This document shows, one piece after another, positions 1-10,791 of a stretch of 64,000 nt of DNA. The DNA is taken from the NCBI GenBank assembly GCA_965202625.1, contig CBDBBI010000010.1:864001-928000 (forward strand), written 5' to 3'. Source of the DNA: a bacterium. GTDB taxonomy: Bacteria > UBA8248. Both the position numbers and the translations under genes were made by a program. The notes beneath the pieces were generated by a model that saw only the letters and a list, made by a program, of their open reading frames with translations, did not search any database and had not been told where the DNA came from. Every line of letters begins with the position of its first letter. Position 1 is the stretch's first letter.

Positions 1-430
1 CCAAAACGTCTCGATATCGAGCCGCGTCGAATTTCCCGTCTTTTTGAAAAGGGGGGAGCGACTGTATCTGGAGAGCGACTTCCGAGTCGGTGACCTGCAT
101 ACCGAGACGCCGGGCCTCGCGCAACTGAAGTTTCTCCAGTATGAGAGAATTCAGTACCTGACGTCTCAGGCCGAGGCGACGCGCGAGTTCCTCGTTATAG
201 GCATCGCCCACCTGTCGCCTAAGTGCCTCAGCCCGGGCGTAGTAGCGCTGTTCAAATTCGCTCACCGATATCGGCGTATCGCCGACCCACGCCGCAACCC
301 GCGCGCCTGTGGAGTGACTCGGCCTATCCGTAAGCGCAAACCCTCCAAAAGACACGAACGTGAGCGCAACGAGACCGAGCAGCACCTTCAAAACCCAGCT
401 TTTTCCCTTCTCTCTCAAAAAACGAAGCAT
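1..430 (-). CDS. ppiD: PpiD/SurA N-terminal domain membrane-anchored periplasmic chaperone/PPIase; 5' part only, runs off the window start
   Basis: Not in the ORF track. Manual translation from ATG at 430: MLRFLREKGKSWVLKVLLGLVALTFVSFGG...AAWVGDTPISVSEFEQRY...LNSLILEKLQLREARRLGMQVTDSEVALQIQSLPPFQKDGKFDAARYRDVL, the typical PpiD N-terminus (TM helix plus SurA_N). Divergent from mreB. Confidence 0.85.
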   Translation of the reverse strand, partial: MLRFLREKGKSWVLKVLLGLVALTFVSFGGFALTDRPSHSTGARVAAWVGDTPISVSEFEQRYYARAEALRRQVGDAYNEELARRLGLRRQVLNSLILEKLQLREARRLGMQVTDSEVALQIQSLPPFQKDGKFDAARYRDVL

Positions 431-679
431 AAATGATCAACTCCTCGAAAAACCAACATCCTAGCGAACAAACGCGCACCCAAGCGGGACTCGGAGAAAA
501 ATAGCCCACCTCTCCTCTCATCGCAAACGGGAGAAGCCGAATTCTCAGAATCCAGCTGCTATTGCGTAAATAGGCTTTTGCCGCATTGCTTCGCGCTTTT
601 CCTTTTACGCTTGCGTGCTTTCCTTGATTTTTCTCCCCTAGAATGTTACGTCGTAGAGAAATTTGTCTCAGGAAGGTAG

Positions 680-1732
<1,053 letters not shown>

Positions 1733-1809
1733 CCGAAATATTCCAGAAGGAATTCCACCCCCTTTAATACTGCTTTTCGCCCACGTCCAAGAGCGAACCC
1801 TGGAATACG

Positions 1810-2643
1810 ATGCTTCATTTTTTTATCAGGCGCCGAAACGCAATCCTTCTTCTTTCCCTGTTTATCGTCTGTTTTACGCTCATCACGCTAAGCGTGCGCT
1901 TTCAGGGACGCTCCACCCTGCTCGACAGGGCGTTCTTTTCTCTCGTCGGGCGCGTCATCAAGATTGCCGACGCCCCCAGAAAGTGGTCGGTTGAGGCATG
2001 GCAAAGATACAGGCTCCTTAAGAATGCGCACGAAGAAAACGTGGCATTGAAGCAAAAATTACAAGCACTTTATACGTATCATGCACAAATGCAGGAGCTG
2101 AAATCGAAAATCGCGCGCATGGAAAGATTGCTCAAAGCTTCAGAGGCGTTGACGTCACCCGTTCGTCTCGCGCGGATCGTGGCTTACGGCAAAAGTATTT
2201 ATGGAAAAACATTGATAGTGGACCTAGGCTCAAAAGATGGGGTGCGCAAGAATATGTCAGTCATCCACCAAGCGGGCCTGGTGGGCAGAATCTCCCGCGT
2301 GGGCAACGGTGTAAGCCAAGTGCTCACCCTGCTTGATTCGAGAAGCGCGGTCAACGTCATCGCGCAGGGGTCGCGTGCGCAAGGGATTCTCTCCATCTCC
2401 CCTTACGGGGAGATGGAGGTGCGCTATATGCCGACTAACGTGGAAATCGCGGTGGGAGATCTGCTCATTTCCTCCGGACTGGGCGGAATTTTTCCAAAAG
2501 GGTTCCCTGTGGCCCACATCACGGAAGTCGTCAACACAAAAGGGCTGTTCTCCAAAATCAAGGCGAAGACTGCCGTCAACTTCTCCAGTTTAGAAGAAGT
2601 GCTGATCCTCATGACGAAACCGGAGGAAAACACATGGGAATGA
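1810..2643 (+). CDS. mreC: Rod shape-determining protein MreC
   Basis: N-terminal TM helix, coiled coil (EENVALKQKL), GLVGRI and SSGLGGIFPKGFPV motifs; follows mreB. Confidence 0.95.
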   Translation: MLHFFIRRRNAILLLSLFIVCFTLITLSVRFQGRSTLLDRAFFSLVGRVIKIADAPRKWSVEAWQRYRLLKNAHEENVALKQKLQALYTYHAQMQELKSKIARMERLLKASEALTSPVRLARIVAYGKSIYGKTLIVDLGSKDGVRKNMSVIHQAGLVGRISRVGNGVSQVLTLLDSRSAVNVIAQGSRAQGILSISPYGEMEVRYMPTNVEIAVGDLLISSGLGGIFPKGFPVAHITEVVNTKGLFSKIKAKTAVNFSSLEEVLILMTKPEENTWE

Positions 2644-3167
2644 CTCTTTTGTTCTATTTAATACTCGCCGTCATCACAATCGTCTTTCACCTGTCGATAG
2701 CGGAGTATTTCGCCGACTGGATTGGTTCCAGGCCCGACGCTATCCTCCTCACCTCCGTATTTCTGGGCGTGCGGCGCAACGCGGAGACGGGGCTCATCGG
2801 GGGGTTCTTCCTAGGACTCTTTGAGGATGTGCTCTCGGGGGGGGTGTTAGGTTTCAACGCGCTCCTGAACGGGTTGATCGGTCATTACATAGGAAGGGTG
2901 AAACACAACATGACGATACACGTCGCCCTTTTCCACTGCCTAGTGGTGTTCTCGGCCTCAATGTTCGACCTCTTGTTCTCAGCGGTACTCGTGAAGATAT
3001 TCCTCCCTCAGCAAGCACTGCCTCTCACGTATTGGATAGAAGAAATCAAGACCTTGGGACTGAACGCCCTTTTGGCGCCGGCGGCTATCGCCTTGCTGAT
3101 GAAGATAGAAAGCAAAATACTTCTATCCGCCGCAAGTTCTCCCTACCCGGAGCGGTCCATCAGATGA
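2634..3167 (+). CDS. mreD: Rod shape-determining protein MreD
   Basis: 177-aa polytopic membrane protein with RPDAIL and GLFEDVLSG motifs, between mreC and mrdA with overlapping junctions. Confidence 0.9.
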   Translation: MGMTLLFYLILAVITIVFHLSIAEYFADWIGSRPDAILLTSVFLGVRRNAETGLIGGFFLGLFEDVLSGGVLGFNALLNGLIGHYIGRVKHNMTIHVALFHCLVVFSASMFDLLFSAVLVKIFLPQQALPLTYWIEEIKTLGLNALLAPAAIALLMKIESKILLSAASSPYPERSIR

Positions 3168-5068
3168 GAGAGTGGGAATCCAGCCCAAACCCCGAGAAGA
3201 CCAGCGCGCTCAAGCAGCGCGTTCGCATATTCTACATTTGTTTTGGCTTCATCTTTTTGGGCCTGTCCGTTCGACTTTGCAACCTTCAGGTGATTCAGGG
3301 CGAAAAATTCAGAAGCCGCTCCGAGAACAACCGTATCGCCCATCGACTCGTGCGAAGTCCTAGGGGAATGGTGTTCGATGCAACCGGAGAGCCGCTTGCA
3401 GACAACCGCGCGTCCTTCAGCATTTACATGGTCCGGGAGAACGTGAAAAAACTGAAGCGGACGATTCAGGTCCTCGCTGAACTCACGGAGCAACCCTATG
3501 AGGAACTCTACCAAAAGACCCTGCGCGCGGACCGCTTCCAGCCATTTCTCATCCAAGAGGACGTAAGCCGAAAAACCATAGCCTTTTTGGCGGAGCACAA
3601 ACCTGATTTTCCTGGCGTATTCATCAAAGTGGCGCCGCTTCGCAAATATCCGTCGCTTGAACAGGCGAGCCACCTTGTGGGCTATCTGGGCGAGATCGAC
3701 ACTCCCAGTCTGAAGCGCTTAAAAAAGCGAAGCTATTACCCAGGCGATCTCCTCGGTCAGCACGGGATCGAGCGGACACAAGAAAAATTCCTGCGCGGGA
3801 AAAGCGGCTTCAAACAGGTGGAAGTGGACGCATATGGAAGAGAATTGCGCGTCGTCCGCCCTTTCAAGGAGAGATCAGGGAACGACGTCTACCTGACGCT
3901 CAACCTAGAACTCCAGAAAAAAGCGGAAGCATTGTTTGAAAAGCACGAAGGTAGCATCGTCATACTCGATCCATCAGATGGCGCCGTTTTGGCCATGGTC
4001 AGCAAGCCGTCCTTCGATCCAAATATATTCGCCACGGGCATCGACACCAAAAATTGGAAAAAGCTCCAGAAAGACCCCTTGAATCCGCTGATGAATCGAG
4101 CGACCAGAGGGCAATATCCACCCGGCTCGATTTTCAAAATCATCATGGCCTTCGCCACGCTGAACGAGAAAATCACGAGCTCAAGTGAAAAAATACACTG
4201 CCCCGGCTCCTTTCGGTTTGGAGCCAAGGTATTTCAAGACTGGAAACAAGAGGGACACGGCCACATAGACGCCACACAATCCCTTGCCCAAAGTTGTGAC
4301 GTCTACTATTATAACGTTGGCGCCAAGCTAGGCATCGAGAGTATCGCGCGTTACGCCCGCATGTTCGGCCTAGGCGCACGCACCGGTTTTAGCTCCGCGG
4401 AAGAAAGAGGGCTCGTGCCATCCGGCGCGTGGAAGCAACGTCGATTCAACGAGAAATGGTACGCTGGCGAAACGATCAGCGTATCCATCGGCCAAGGTTT
4501 TAATCTCATAACGCCCTTGCAAGCGGCCAACCTCATGGCCACCGTGGCAAACCGTGGACATCTTTGGAAACCTTATGTCGTGAAAAAGGTACTGAATCCC
4601 GCCGGCAAGGTTATCTATAAGTCCGCTCCTCGGCTCACTCGCAAAATTCCGATAAGCCAAGAAATCTTCCGCGAAGTTCGAAAAGGACTCAGAGAGGTTG
4701 TCCATGGTGCGCGGGGGACGGGGAAAAAAGCGCGCATCCCAGGTATTGTCGTGGCCGGCAAGACGGGCACCTCCCAGGTGGTTGCCCTGAAATTCACGGG
4801 ACGAAAAAGGGAACCCGAGGAATTGCCGCGAAAATACCGGGATCATGGTTGGTTCGTCGCATTCGCCCCATACGAGAATCCAACTATCGCGCTCGCTATC
4901 CTCGGAGAGCACGCCGGGCGTCCGGGTTCTTTTTTCGCCCCATACGCCCGAGAACTGATTTCGTTTTATCTCAAGAAAAGCGAGAGCAAGGAGCTTCTCG
5001 CGTTCAACGCGGGGCGCCGAAAAAAAGAGCGCCCGCCAAGCGTCCGTCCATCAAGAGAACGTAGATGA
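3164..5068 (+). CDS. mrdA: Penicillin-binding protein 2 (class B transpeptidase)
   Basis: ATG at 3164 overlaps the mreD stop. TM anchor, SENNR..PRG dimerisation motif, active-site PPGSIFK (SxxK), SCD (SxD) and KTG. Confidence 0.96.
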   Translation: MREWESSPNPEKTSALKQRVRIFYICFGFIFLGLSVRLCNLQVIQGEKFRSRSENNRIAHRLVRSPRGMVFDATGEPLADNRASFSIYMVRENVKKLKRTIQVLAELTEQPYEELYQKTLRADRFQPFLIQEDVSRKTIAFLAEHKPDFPGVFIKVAPLRKYPSLEQASHLVGYLGEIDTPSLKRLKKRSYYPGDLLGQHGIERTQEKFLRGKSGFKQVEVDAYGRELRVVRPFKERSGNDVYLTLNLELQKKAEALFEKHEGSIVILDPSDGAVLAMVSKPSFDPNIFATGIDTKNWKKLQKDPLNPLMNRATRGQYPPGSIFKIIMAFATLNEKITSSSEKIHCPGSFRFGAKVFQDWKQEGHGHIDATQSLAQSCDVYYYNVGAKLGIESIARYARMFGLGARTGFSSAEERGLVPSGAWKQRRFNEKWYAGETISVSIGQGFNLITPLQAANLMATVANRGHLWKPYVVKKVLNPAGKVIYKSAPRLTRKIPISQEIFREVRKGLREVVHGARGTGKKARIPGIVVAGKTGTSQVVALKFTGRKREPEELPRKYRDHGWFVAFAPYENPTIALAILGEHAGRPGSFFAPYARELISFYLKKSESKELLAFNAGRRKKERPPSVRPSRERR

Positions 5069-6201
5069 AAGACTTCGCCCTCTCACCATCGTCGACTTTC
5101 TCGCGCGTCATCTCCCAGGTGGACTGGATACTCGTTCTCACTACGCTCGCGCTCAGTCTCGCGGGCATTTTCATGATCTATAGCGCGATTCACTCCACCC
5201 CCACTCTTCTGAAAAACTCCTTGCATCTCAAACAAGCACTGTGGTCATCCATCGGATTGAGCGTGCTGCTCTGTATTCTTTTTTTCGACTACCACGTTTT
5301 TACGCGATGGGCTTATCTTTTTTACGCCCTCATCATCGTTCTGCTCATCGCCGTCCTCGTCTCGGGACAGATGGTCTATGGCTCGAAACGCTGGCTCGTC
5401 TTCGGTCCCTTGCGCCTGCAACCCTCCGAGCTTGCGCGCCTGGCGGTCATTCTCGTGCTCGCCAGATGCCTCGGCTCGCGCGAAACAGAAAAACCTCTAC
5501 GTTTCAAGGAGCTCATCCTGCCGTCTATTCTCGCGCTCGTGCCCGCGCTATTGATTATCCAACAGCCCGATTTAGGGACCGGACTCACGGTTCTCCTAAT
5601 AGCAGGAGCCATTTTTTTGGTCGTAGGCGTCACAAGAAAGGTACTTCTCACTATGGGGAGCATGGCGATCGCGTGCGTGCCCCTCGGTTGGTTTTTTCTC
5701 AAGGAATATCAACGCCGCCGCATCTTGACGCTCTTCAACCCCGAAGCTGACCCCCTTGGCGCGGGTTACCAGAAAATGCAAAGCATCATCGCCGTAGGCA
5801 GCGGGGAAATGTGGGGTAAAGGACCCCTTCAGGGAACGCAGAGCAGGCTTGGCTTTGTGCCAGAGAAACATACCGATTTCATCTTCGCCGTCCTGGGCGA
5901 GGAGTTTGGCTTCGTGGGCAACGTCACCGTCCTGGTTTTGTTCTTCATCTTCATTCAGCGGTGCCTGAGCGCAGCGCTGAACGCCGCCGACAAGGAGGGC
6001 GCGCTGCTCGCCATGGGCGTCGGCACGGCATTTTTCCTCTACATCACTTTCAACGTGGGAATGACGCTCGGCCTGATGCCCATAGTAGGAATCCCGCTTC
6101 CCATGCTCAGCTACGGGGGGAGTGCCTCCATTGCATCCTTCATCGCCATCGCACTGGTTTTGAACGTCAACATGAGAAAAAGAAAAAACCTCGTTCCTTG
6201 A
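5065..6201 (+). CDS. rodA: SEDS family glycosyltransferase RodA
   Basis: RW...QPSE, QPDLGT, DPLGAGYQ, PEKHTDFIFAV..EE, SYGGSA motifs; ATGA overlap with mrdA. Confidence 0.96.
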   Translation: MKDFALSPSSTFSRVISQVDWILVLTTLALSLAGIFMIYSAIHSTPTLLKNSLHLKQALWSSIGLSVLLCILFFDYHVFTRWAYLFYALIIVLLIAVLVSGQMVYGSKRWLVFGPLRLQPSELARLAVILVLARCLGSRETEKPLRFKELILPSILALVPALLIIQQPDLGTGLTVLLIAGAIFLVVGVTRKVLLTMGSMAIACVPLGWFFLKEYQRRRILTLFNPEADPLGAGYQKMQSIIAVGSGEMWGKGPLQGTQSRLGFVPEKHTDFIFAVLGEEFGFVGNVTVLVLFFIFIQRCLSAALNAADKEGALLAMGVGTAFFLYITFNVGMTLGLMPIVGIPLPMLSYGGSASIASFIAIALVLNVNMRKRKNLVP

Positions 6202-6215
6202 TTGAGCCAGCCCTC

Positions 6216-7679
6216 TCACTCCCCATATTCCTTCTCTCCCGGGGGCGCGGACGCGAAATTGATGCCGATGGAGATGACCGCATCGCGCCCGCCATGCCGC
6301 TCAATCAGCGCGGCCTGCTCCTCCTTGGCACGACGATCCGCCTCATCAGGGTCAACTACAAGCAAAAGGCGCGCTTTCAGCTCTGCAAGAACCGATTGAT
6401 GCGCCGGGCTTCGAGAGAGGTCGCAACGCTCGTCCGGGTCGTCCTCCAGATCGAAGAGTTCAGGGTCGTACCCCACGTAATGGATATACTTGTAGGGCCC
6501 ACGGCGCATCATGAACAATCCCGTCTTAGCGCCAAGCGCGTGGAATTCACTGAAAATTTCACGCTCAGAGTCATCCGGCTCGCTCGCGATTCGGAACAAC
6601 GAGGCGCCGTGCAGCCTCTTCTCCTCATCAGGCACGAGAAGGCCAGCACAGTCGAGCGACGTTGGATACAAGTCAATGAGCGAGACCGGCGTTCGCGACG
6701 TTCTTCCCTTCGGAACATCCGGGCCAGAGATAATTAGAGGCACGGCGACCGACTCCTCATACATGGTGGATTTTCCCCAAAGCCCACGCTCTCCCAAGTT
6801 GTCTCCATGATCGCTCGCGAAAACCACTCGCGTATTCTCTCGAAAGCCGGTTTCCCCCAAAGTGCTCAAAATTTTTCCGACGTTTGAGTCCACATAGCTG
6901 ACCATGGCGAAATAAGACGCTAAGGCGACGCGGCGCTTTTGTTCATCAAAATAAGCGTCATAGGGAGCACATTCGTGGAGGGCCGCGATCCAGGGGTGCC
7001 AATCGTAACTGCCTGAGGGATGCGGCCTAGGGAGCGGAACGTCCTCCAAGGGGTAGAGGTCGTAAAACTCAGGCGGCCCGATGAAGGGGAAATGCGGGCA
7101 AGTGAGGGAGACGAACAACGCCCAGGGGCGCTCCCTACGCATGGACGCCTCCCTGGCGATCCACTCACACGCTAAATCCGTGACTTTCCCGTCATACGCG
7201 ATGTATTTGGAATCTCCCGGCCCAATGTGCTCGGCCATCCACTCCGGATGATTCCGGGGCGGCAAACCTTTTTCATCCCGAATGGCACTGAAGATATCAC
7301 CCCGCCCCTCTTTACCCAAGTGCATGGGAATAAGCTGTTCGTCAAAACCAACGGAAAAATCGGCGTTTCGGTAGTGAAGTTTGCCGACCGAGGCGGTTCT
7401 CACCCCGTTCTTCTGAAGACGATGTCCCCAGCTGGGCGGCTTTCCCTCATAGGGATGCGCGTTGTCCCACGCGCCGATTTCATGCACATATCTTCCGGTG
7501 GCAAAACTCGCACGCGCCGGAACGCAAATGGGGCAATTCGTATAGGCACTTTCGAAAAGGACGCCAGACGCCGCAAGTTCATCTATGTTTGGCGTTTTGG
7601 CGAGAGGATGGCCATAGCAGCCCAATATCTTTTGCGTATGCTCATCGTCCATCAAGAGCAAGAAATTCATCGGCTCCAT
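6216..7679 (-). CDS. Formylglycine-dependent (Cys-type) sulfatase, choline-sulfatase-like, cytoplasmic
   Basis: NFLLLMDDEH, TPNIDELA, CVPAR (CxPxR signature), GKLH, SDHGDNLG, ELFDLEDDPDE; no signal peptide. Confidence 0.9.
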   Translation of the reverse strand: MEPMNFLLLMDDEHTQKILGCYGHPLAKTPNIDELAASGVLFESAYTNCPICVPARASFATGRYVHEIGAWDNAHPYEGKPPSWGHRLQKNGVRTASVGKLHYRNADFSVGFDEQLIPMHLGKEGRGDIFSAIRDEKGLPPRNHPEWMAEHIGPGDSKYIAYDGKVTDLACEWIAREASMRRERPWALFVSLTCPHFPFIGPPEFYDLYPLEDVPLPRPHPSGSYDWHPWIAALHECAPYDAYFDEQKRRVALASYFAMVSYVDSNVGKILSTLGETGFRENTRVVFASDHGDNLGERGLWGKSTMYEESVAVPLIISGPDVPKGRTSRTPVSLIDLYPTSLDCAGLLVPDEEKRLHGASLFRIASEPDDSEREIFSEFHALGAKTGLFMMRRGPYKYIHYVGYDPELFDLEDDPDERCDLSRSPAHQSVLAELKARLLLVVDPDEADRRAKEEQAALIERHGGRDAVISIGINFASAPPGEKEYGE

Positions 7680-8004
7680 TCGGGTCCCCCTGATTGATGG
7701 AAAACGTCAAAAATTTCTGAAGAAAATAATACCGACAAGGCTCCCAAAACATAAGACGGAAGGCGCGCGCGCTCCTGCACAGCAGTGATAAAGCGCTTCA
7801 CCCACCTATGTGATGACTATCACGCGAAAGCGTGTTGGTGGCGGTGGAACACCCATCCTCATACGCCTTAGTTGCCCATTTCGCCCATATCCTGCAATAT
7901 AGATAGCCAGTTTGACCACTCCGCAGAAAAGGCCGGGCTGGAGAACGGAACAAAACAGATAGCGCCCCTCACATATGGTGAGGAGCTTTCACAGGTTGAT
8001 TGCG

Positions 8005-10791
8005 ATGGATTTAGACTACGCACGGGGTGTTTTTCCCTTCGTCGAGAAGCCTTCGCGTTATTTGGGAAACGAAGTCAACGCGATCCATAAAGACCTCGCC
8101 AAGGTCAGGAATCGCGTCGGCGCTCGCCTTTCCGGACACCTACGAAGTCGGCATGTCGCACAACGGCGTCCGCATACTCTATCATCTGCTAAACGAGGAT
8201 GAAGACGCCGCCGCCGAGCACGTTTTTCTCCCTTGGAATGATTTTGAAGCCATCATGAGAAGCAAAAACGCATTGCTCACCACCTTGGAGAGTAGAACGC
8301 CTGTTCGGAAGTTTCATATTCTAGGAATATCGCTTCTATACGAGCTGGCCGCCAGCAACGTCGTCTTGCTTCTCAATTTGGCCAAAATACCTAGACGCCC
8401 GCGCAAAGGCGCAGAGAAGACCCGCTCGTCATCGCAGGCGGCCCTGTGACGTTCAACGTAGAGCCAATGGCGCTTTTCTTCGACGCGGTGGCTCTGGGCG
8501 ACGGGGAGGAGCTTTTTCCCGAGGTCATCAAAATTCACGAAAAATGGCGAAAAACGAACCAGCCGAGAGAAACGCTGCCTGACATGCTCGAAGAGATTGA
8601 CGGTATCTACGTCCCGAATCGTTACGTGATCGAACACGAACCGAACGGGGAGGTGAAAAGGTTCCGCCACATCACCGGACACAAACAACCCGTTCTGGCG
8701 CGCATATTAGAGGATTTGAATCATTCGCCCCACCTCACGCGGACTATCATCCCCTACGCCCAAGTCGTGCACGATCGGGTGACGCTTGAGGTGCAGCGCG
8801 GATGCACAGGAGGATGCCGCTTTTGTCACGCGGGAATGGTATACCGATCCGTTCGATATCGAGACCCGCACCAGGTCCTGGAACTCTCCGAAGAATCGCT
8901 CAAGAAAACAGGCTATGAGGAAATCAGCCTCTCATCTCTTTGTATCGCCGACTATCAACCCCTAAAAGGGCTCGTTCCTCGCATGATGGAGCGCCTCGCC
9001 CCTATGCAGACTTCCATCTCCCTACCCTCACTTCGCGTGGGAGCAATGAGCCCAGACCTATTGTCCCAAATCGCGCGCGTGCGCCGCACAGGCTTCACCC
9101 TGGTGCCCGAGGCGGGCAGCGAACGCCTTCGGAACGTCATCAACAAAGTGCTGACGGAAGCGGACCTGAAACGAAACCTTCAGGATATCCTTGATAACGG
9201 CTGGCCAGGCGTGAAATTTTATTTCATGCTCGGTCTTCCCACAGAGAGTTTCGACGATTTAAGAGAGATGGCGGAAATGCTCGCCGCCTGCATGAAAATG
9301 CGCTCACGGGTGACGTGTGAGACGTTCCGCTTCATCAACGTAAGTCTCTCTACTTTCGTGCCGAAACCGCATACGCCATTCCAGTGGTTCCCGCAAAACA
9401 CACAAAAGGAAATCAACACAAAGCTCCAATACATCAAACGGGAAGTACGCGATCGGCGCATCAAGCTACGTTGGTCAAACCCTCAGCATAGATTTTTGGA
9501 GGCCGTCATCTCGAAAGGCGATCGCCGACAAGCGGACGTGATTGAGACGGCAGTTGACACCGGATGCAAATTTGACGGTTGGATGGAGTTTTTTGATCAC
9601 AAGAAGTGGATGGCCGCCTTCAAAACCCATGGACTCGACCCTGAGTGGTACGCCTATCGAGAGATACAGGAAGATGCGCCGCTGCCCTGGGACCATCTCG
9701 ACTCTGGGGTGACCAAGGAGTATCAACTTGCCGATTGGAAACGCGCCTTGCGTGAAGTCACCATCGGCGATTGTCGCTATGAGTCATGCGGCCAATGCGG
9801 CATTTTGGATAAATACAAGGGCATCAAATACCATTACGAGAAACCCATGCCGCCGGAAAATTCCCCCCTTCCCCTCATTGAGGAATCAACACGCGGGCGC
9901 GATGTGCCCCCTGCAGAACCAGTAGAGCTTACAATCGCCAAAATCCAGCAAGGCGTAAAACGATCTAAACAAAAACGGCACAAGGGTGTCGCCCGTGAAT
10001 CCGGCCCCGTTCCGGTGGGCTTCGAGGATTCACGCGATGACAATCCTGGCCTCGCTGAAGAACAACCGGACGCGCCCATTCGTAAATTCAGGTTCATCTA
10101 CGAGAAATCTGGCGATCTTCGTTTTTTAAGCCATTTGGAGATTTTAAGAACATTCATCCGCGCGATTCAGCGGACGGGCTATCGCATCGAACATTCCAAG
10201 TGCTTCAACCCTCACCCTAAAATCGTTTTCTCCCACGCGCTCCCCGTTGGCGTGGAGAGCCAAGCAGAGCTGGTGGATTTCTCACTTCTGGAGACAGACG
10301 GACGAATTCGGGTGGGCGATTTGTTCAAAAATCTAAAACGAGAACTCCCCAAAGGTCTGAAGCCACGCGCGGCATGGCACATTGAGGGGAATGTCCCCTC
10401 ATCGGCCAACGCATTGCGCGCGGCGACTTATGAAGTCTCCCTGTCAAGTGAAGATTTGGGGCCGCTAGGAGTGCGGGATGCGCAAATCAAAGCCACCGTT
10501 GCGGATTTGATGAATGAGAAAAGCATTATAATATCGCGCGAACGCCAAGGGAGAACAAGACATTTCGACGCGCGCCCGTCCATCGCCGGGTTTTCGATGA
10601 AATCATCCACCGCCGCCGTCGTTCGCCTGCGTGTCACGCTTCGCTATGTCGATGACGCGAAACCGAAAGTGACGGAAATACTCGCAAGGTGCTTCGGGTT
10701 GTCTCCGCAGGGATGCCTAAAAGCCCGAATCCGCAAAATCGCCGTTCACTGGAGAGCGGGAACTTTCCGAGCAATAGAAAATGCCGTCTGA
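8005..10791 (+). pseudogene. B12-binding radical SAM protein (TIGR03960-like) fused to a radical SAM-linked domain (TIGR03936/DUF2344-like); two frameshifts in the 5' part (real decay or sequence error)
   Basis: Frame 1 from 8005: MDLDY...VEKPSRYLGNEVN. Frame 2 from about 8120: ALAFPDTYEVGMSHNG...LESRTP..F.ILGISLLYEL. Frame 1 again from about 8400: DPLVIAGGPVTFNVEP...RGCTGGCRFCHAG (CxxxCxxC)...FVPKPHTPFQW...CRYESCGQCG, then KSGDLRFLSHLE...FNPHPKIVFSHALPVGVES (DUF2344-like). Confidence 0.85.

Noticed and set aside
44-436. Track ORF 44..436 (+), 130 aa
   Set aside because: Antisense shadow of the real minus-strand ppiD-like gene starting at 430.
6216-10791. Sulfatase next to a radical SAM gene as a sulfatase/anSME maturase pair
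   Set aside because: The radical SAM protein is B12-binding TIGR03960-type with no SPASM cysteine pattern; the adjacency is better explained by insertion.
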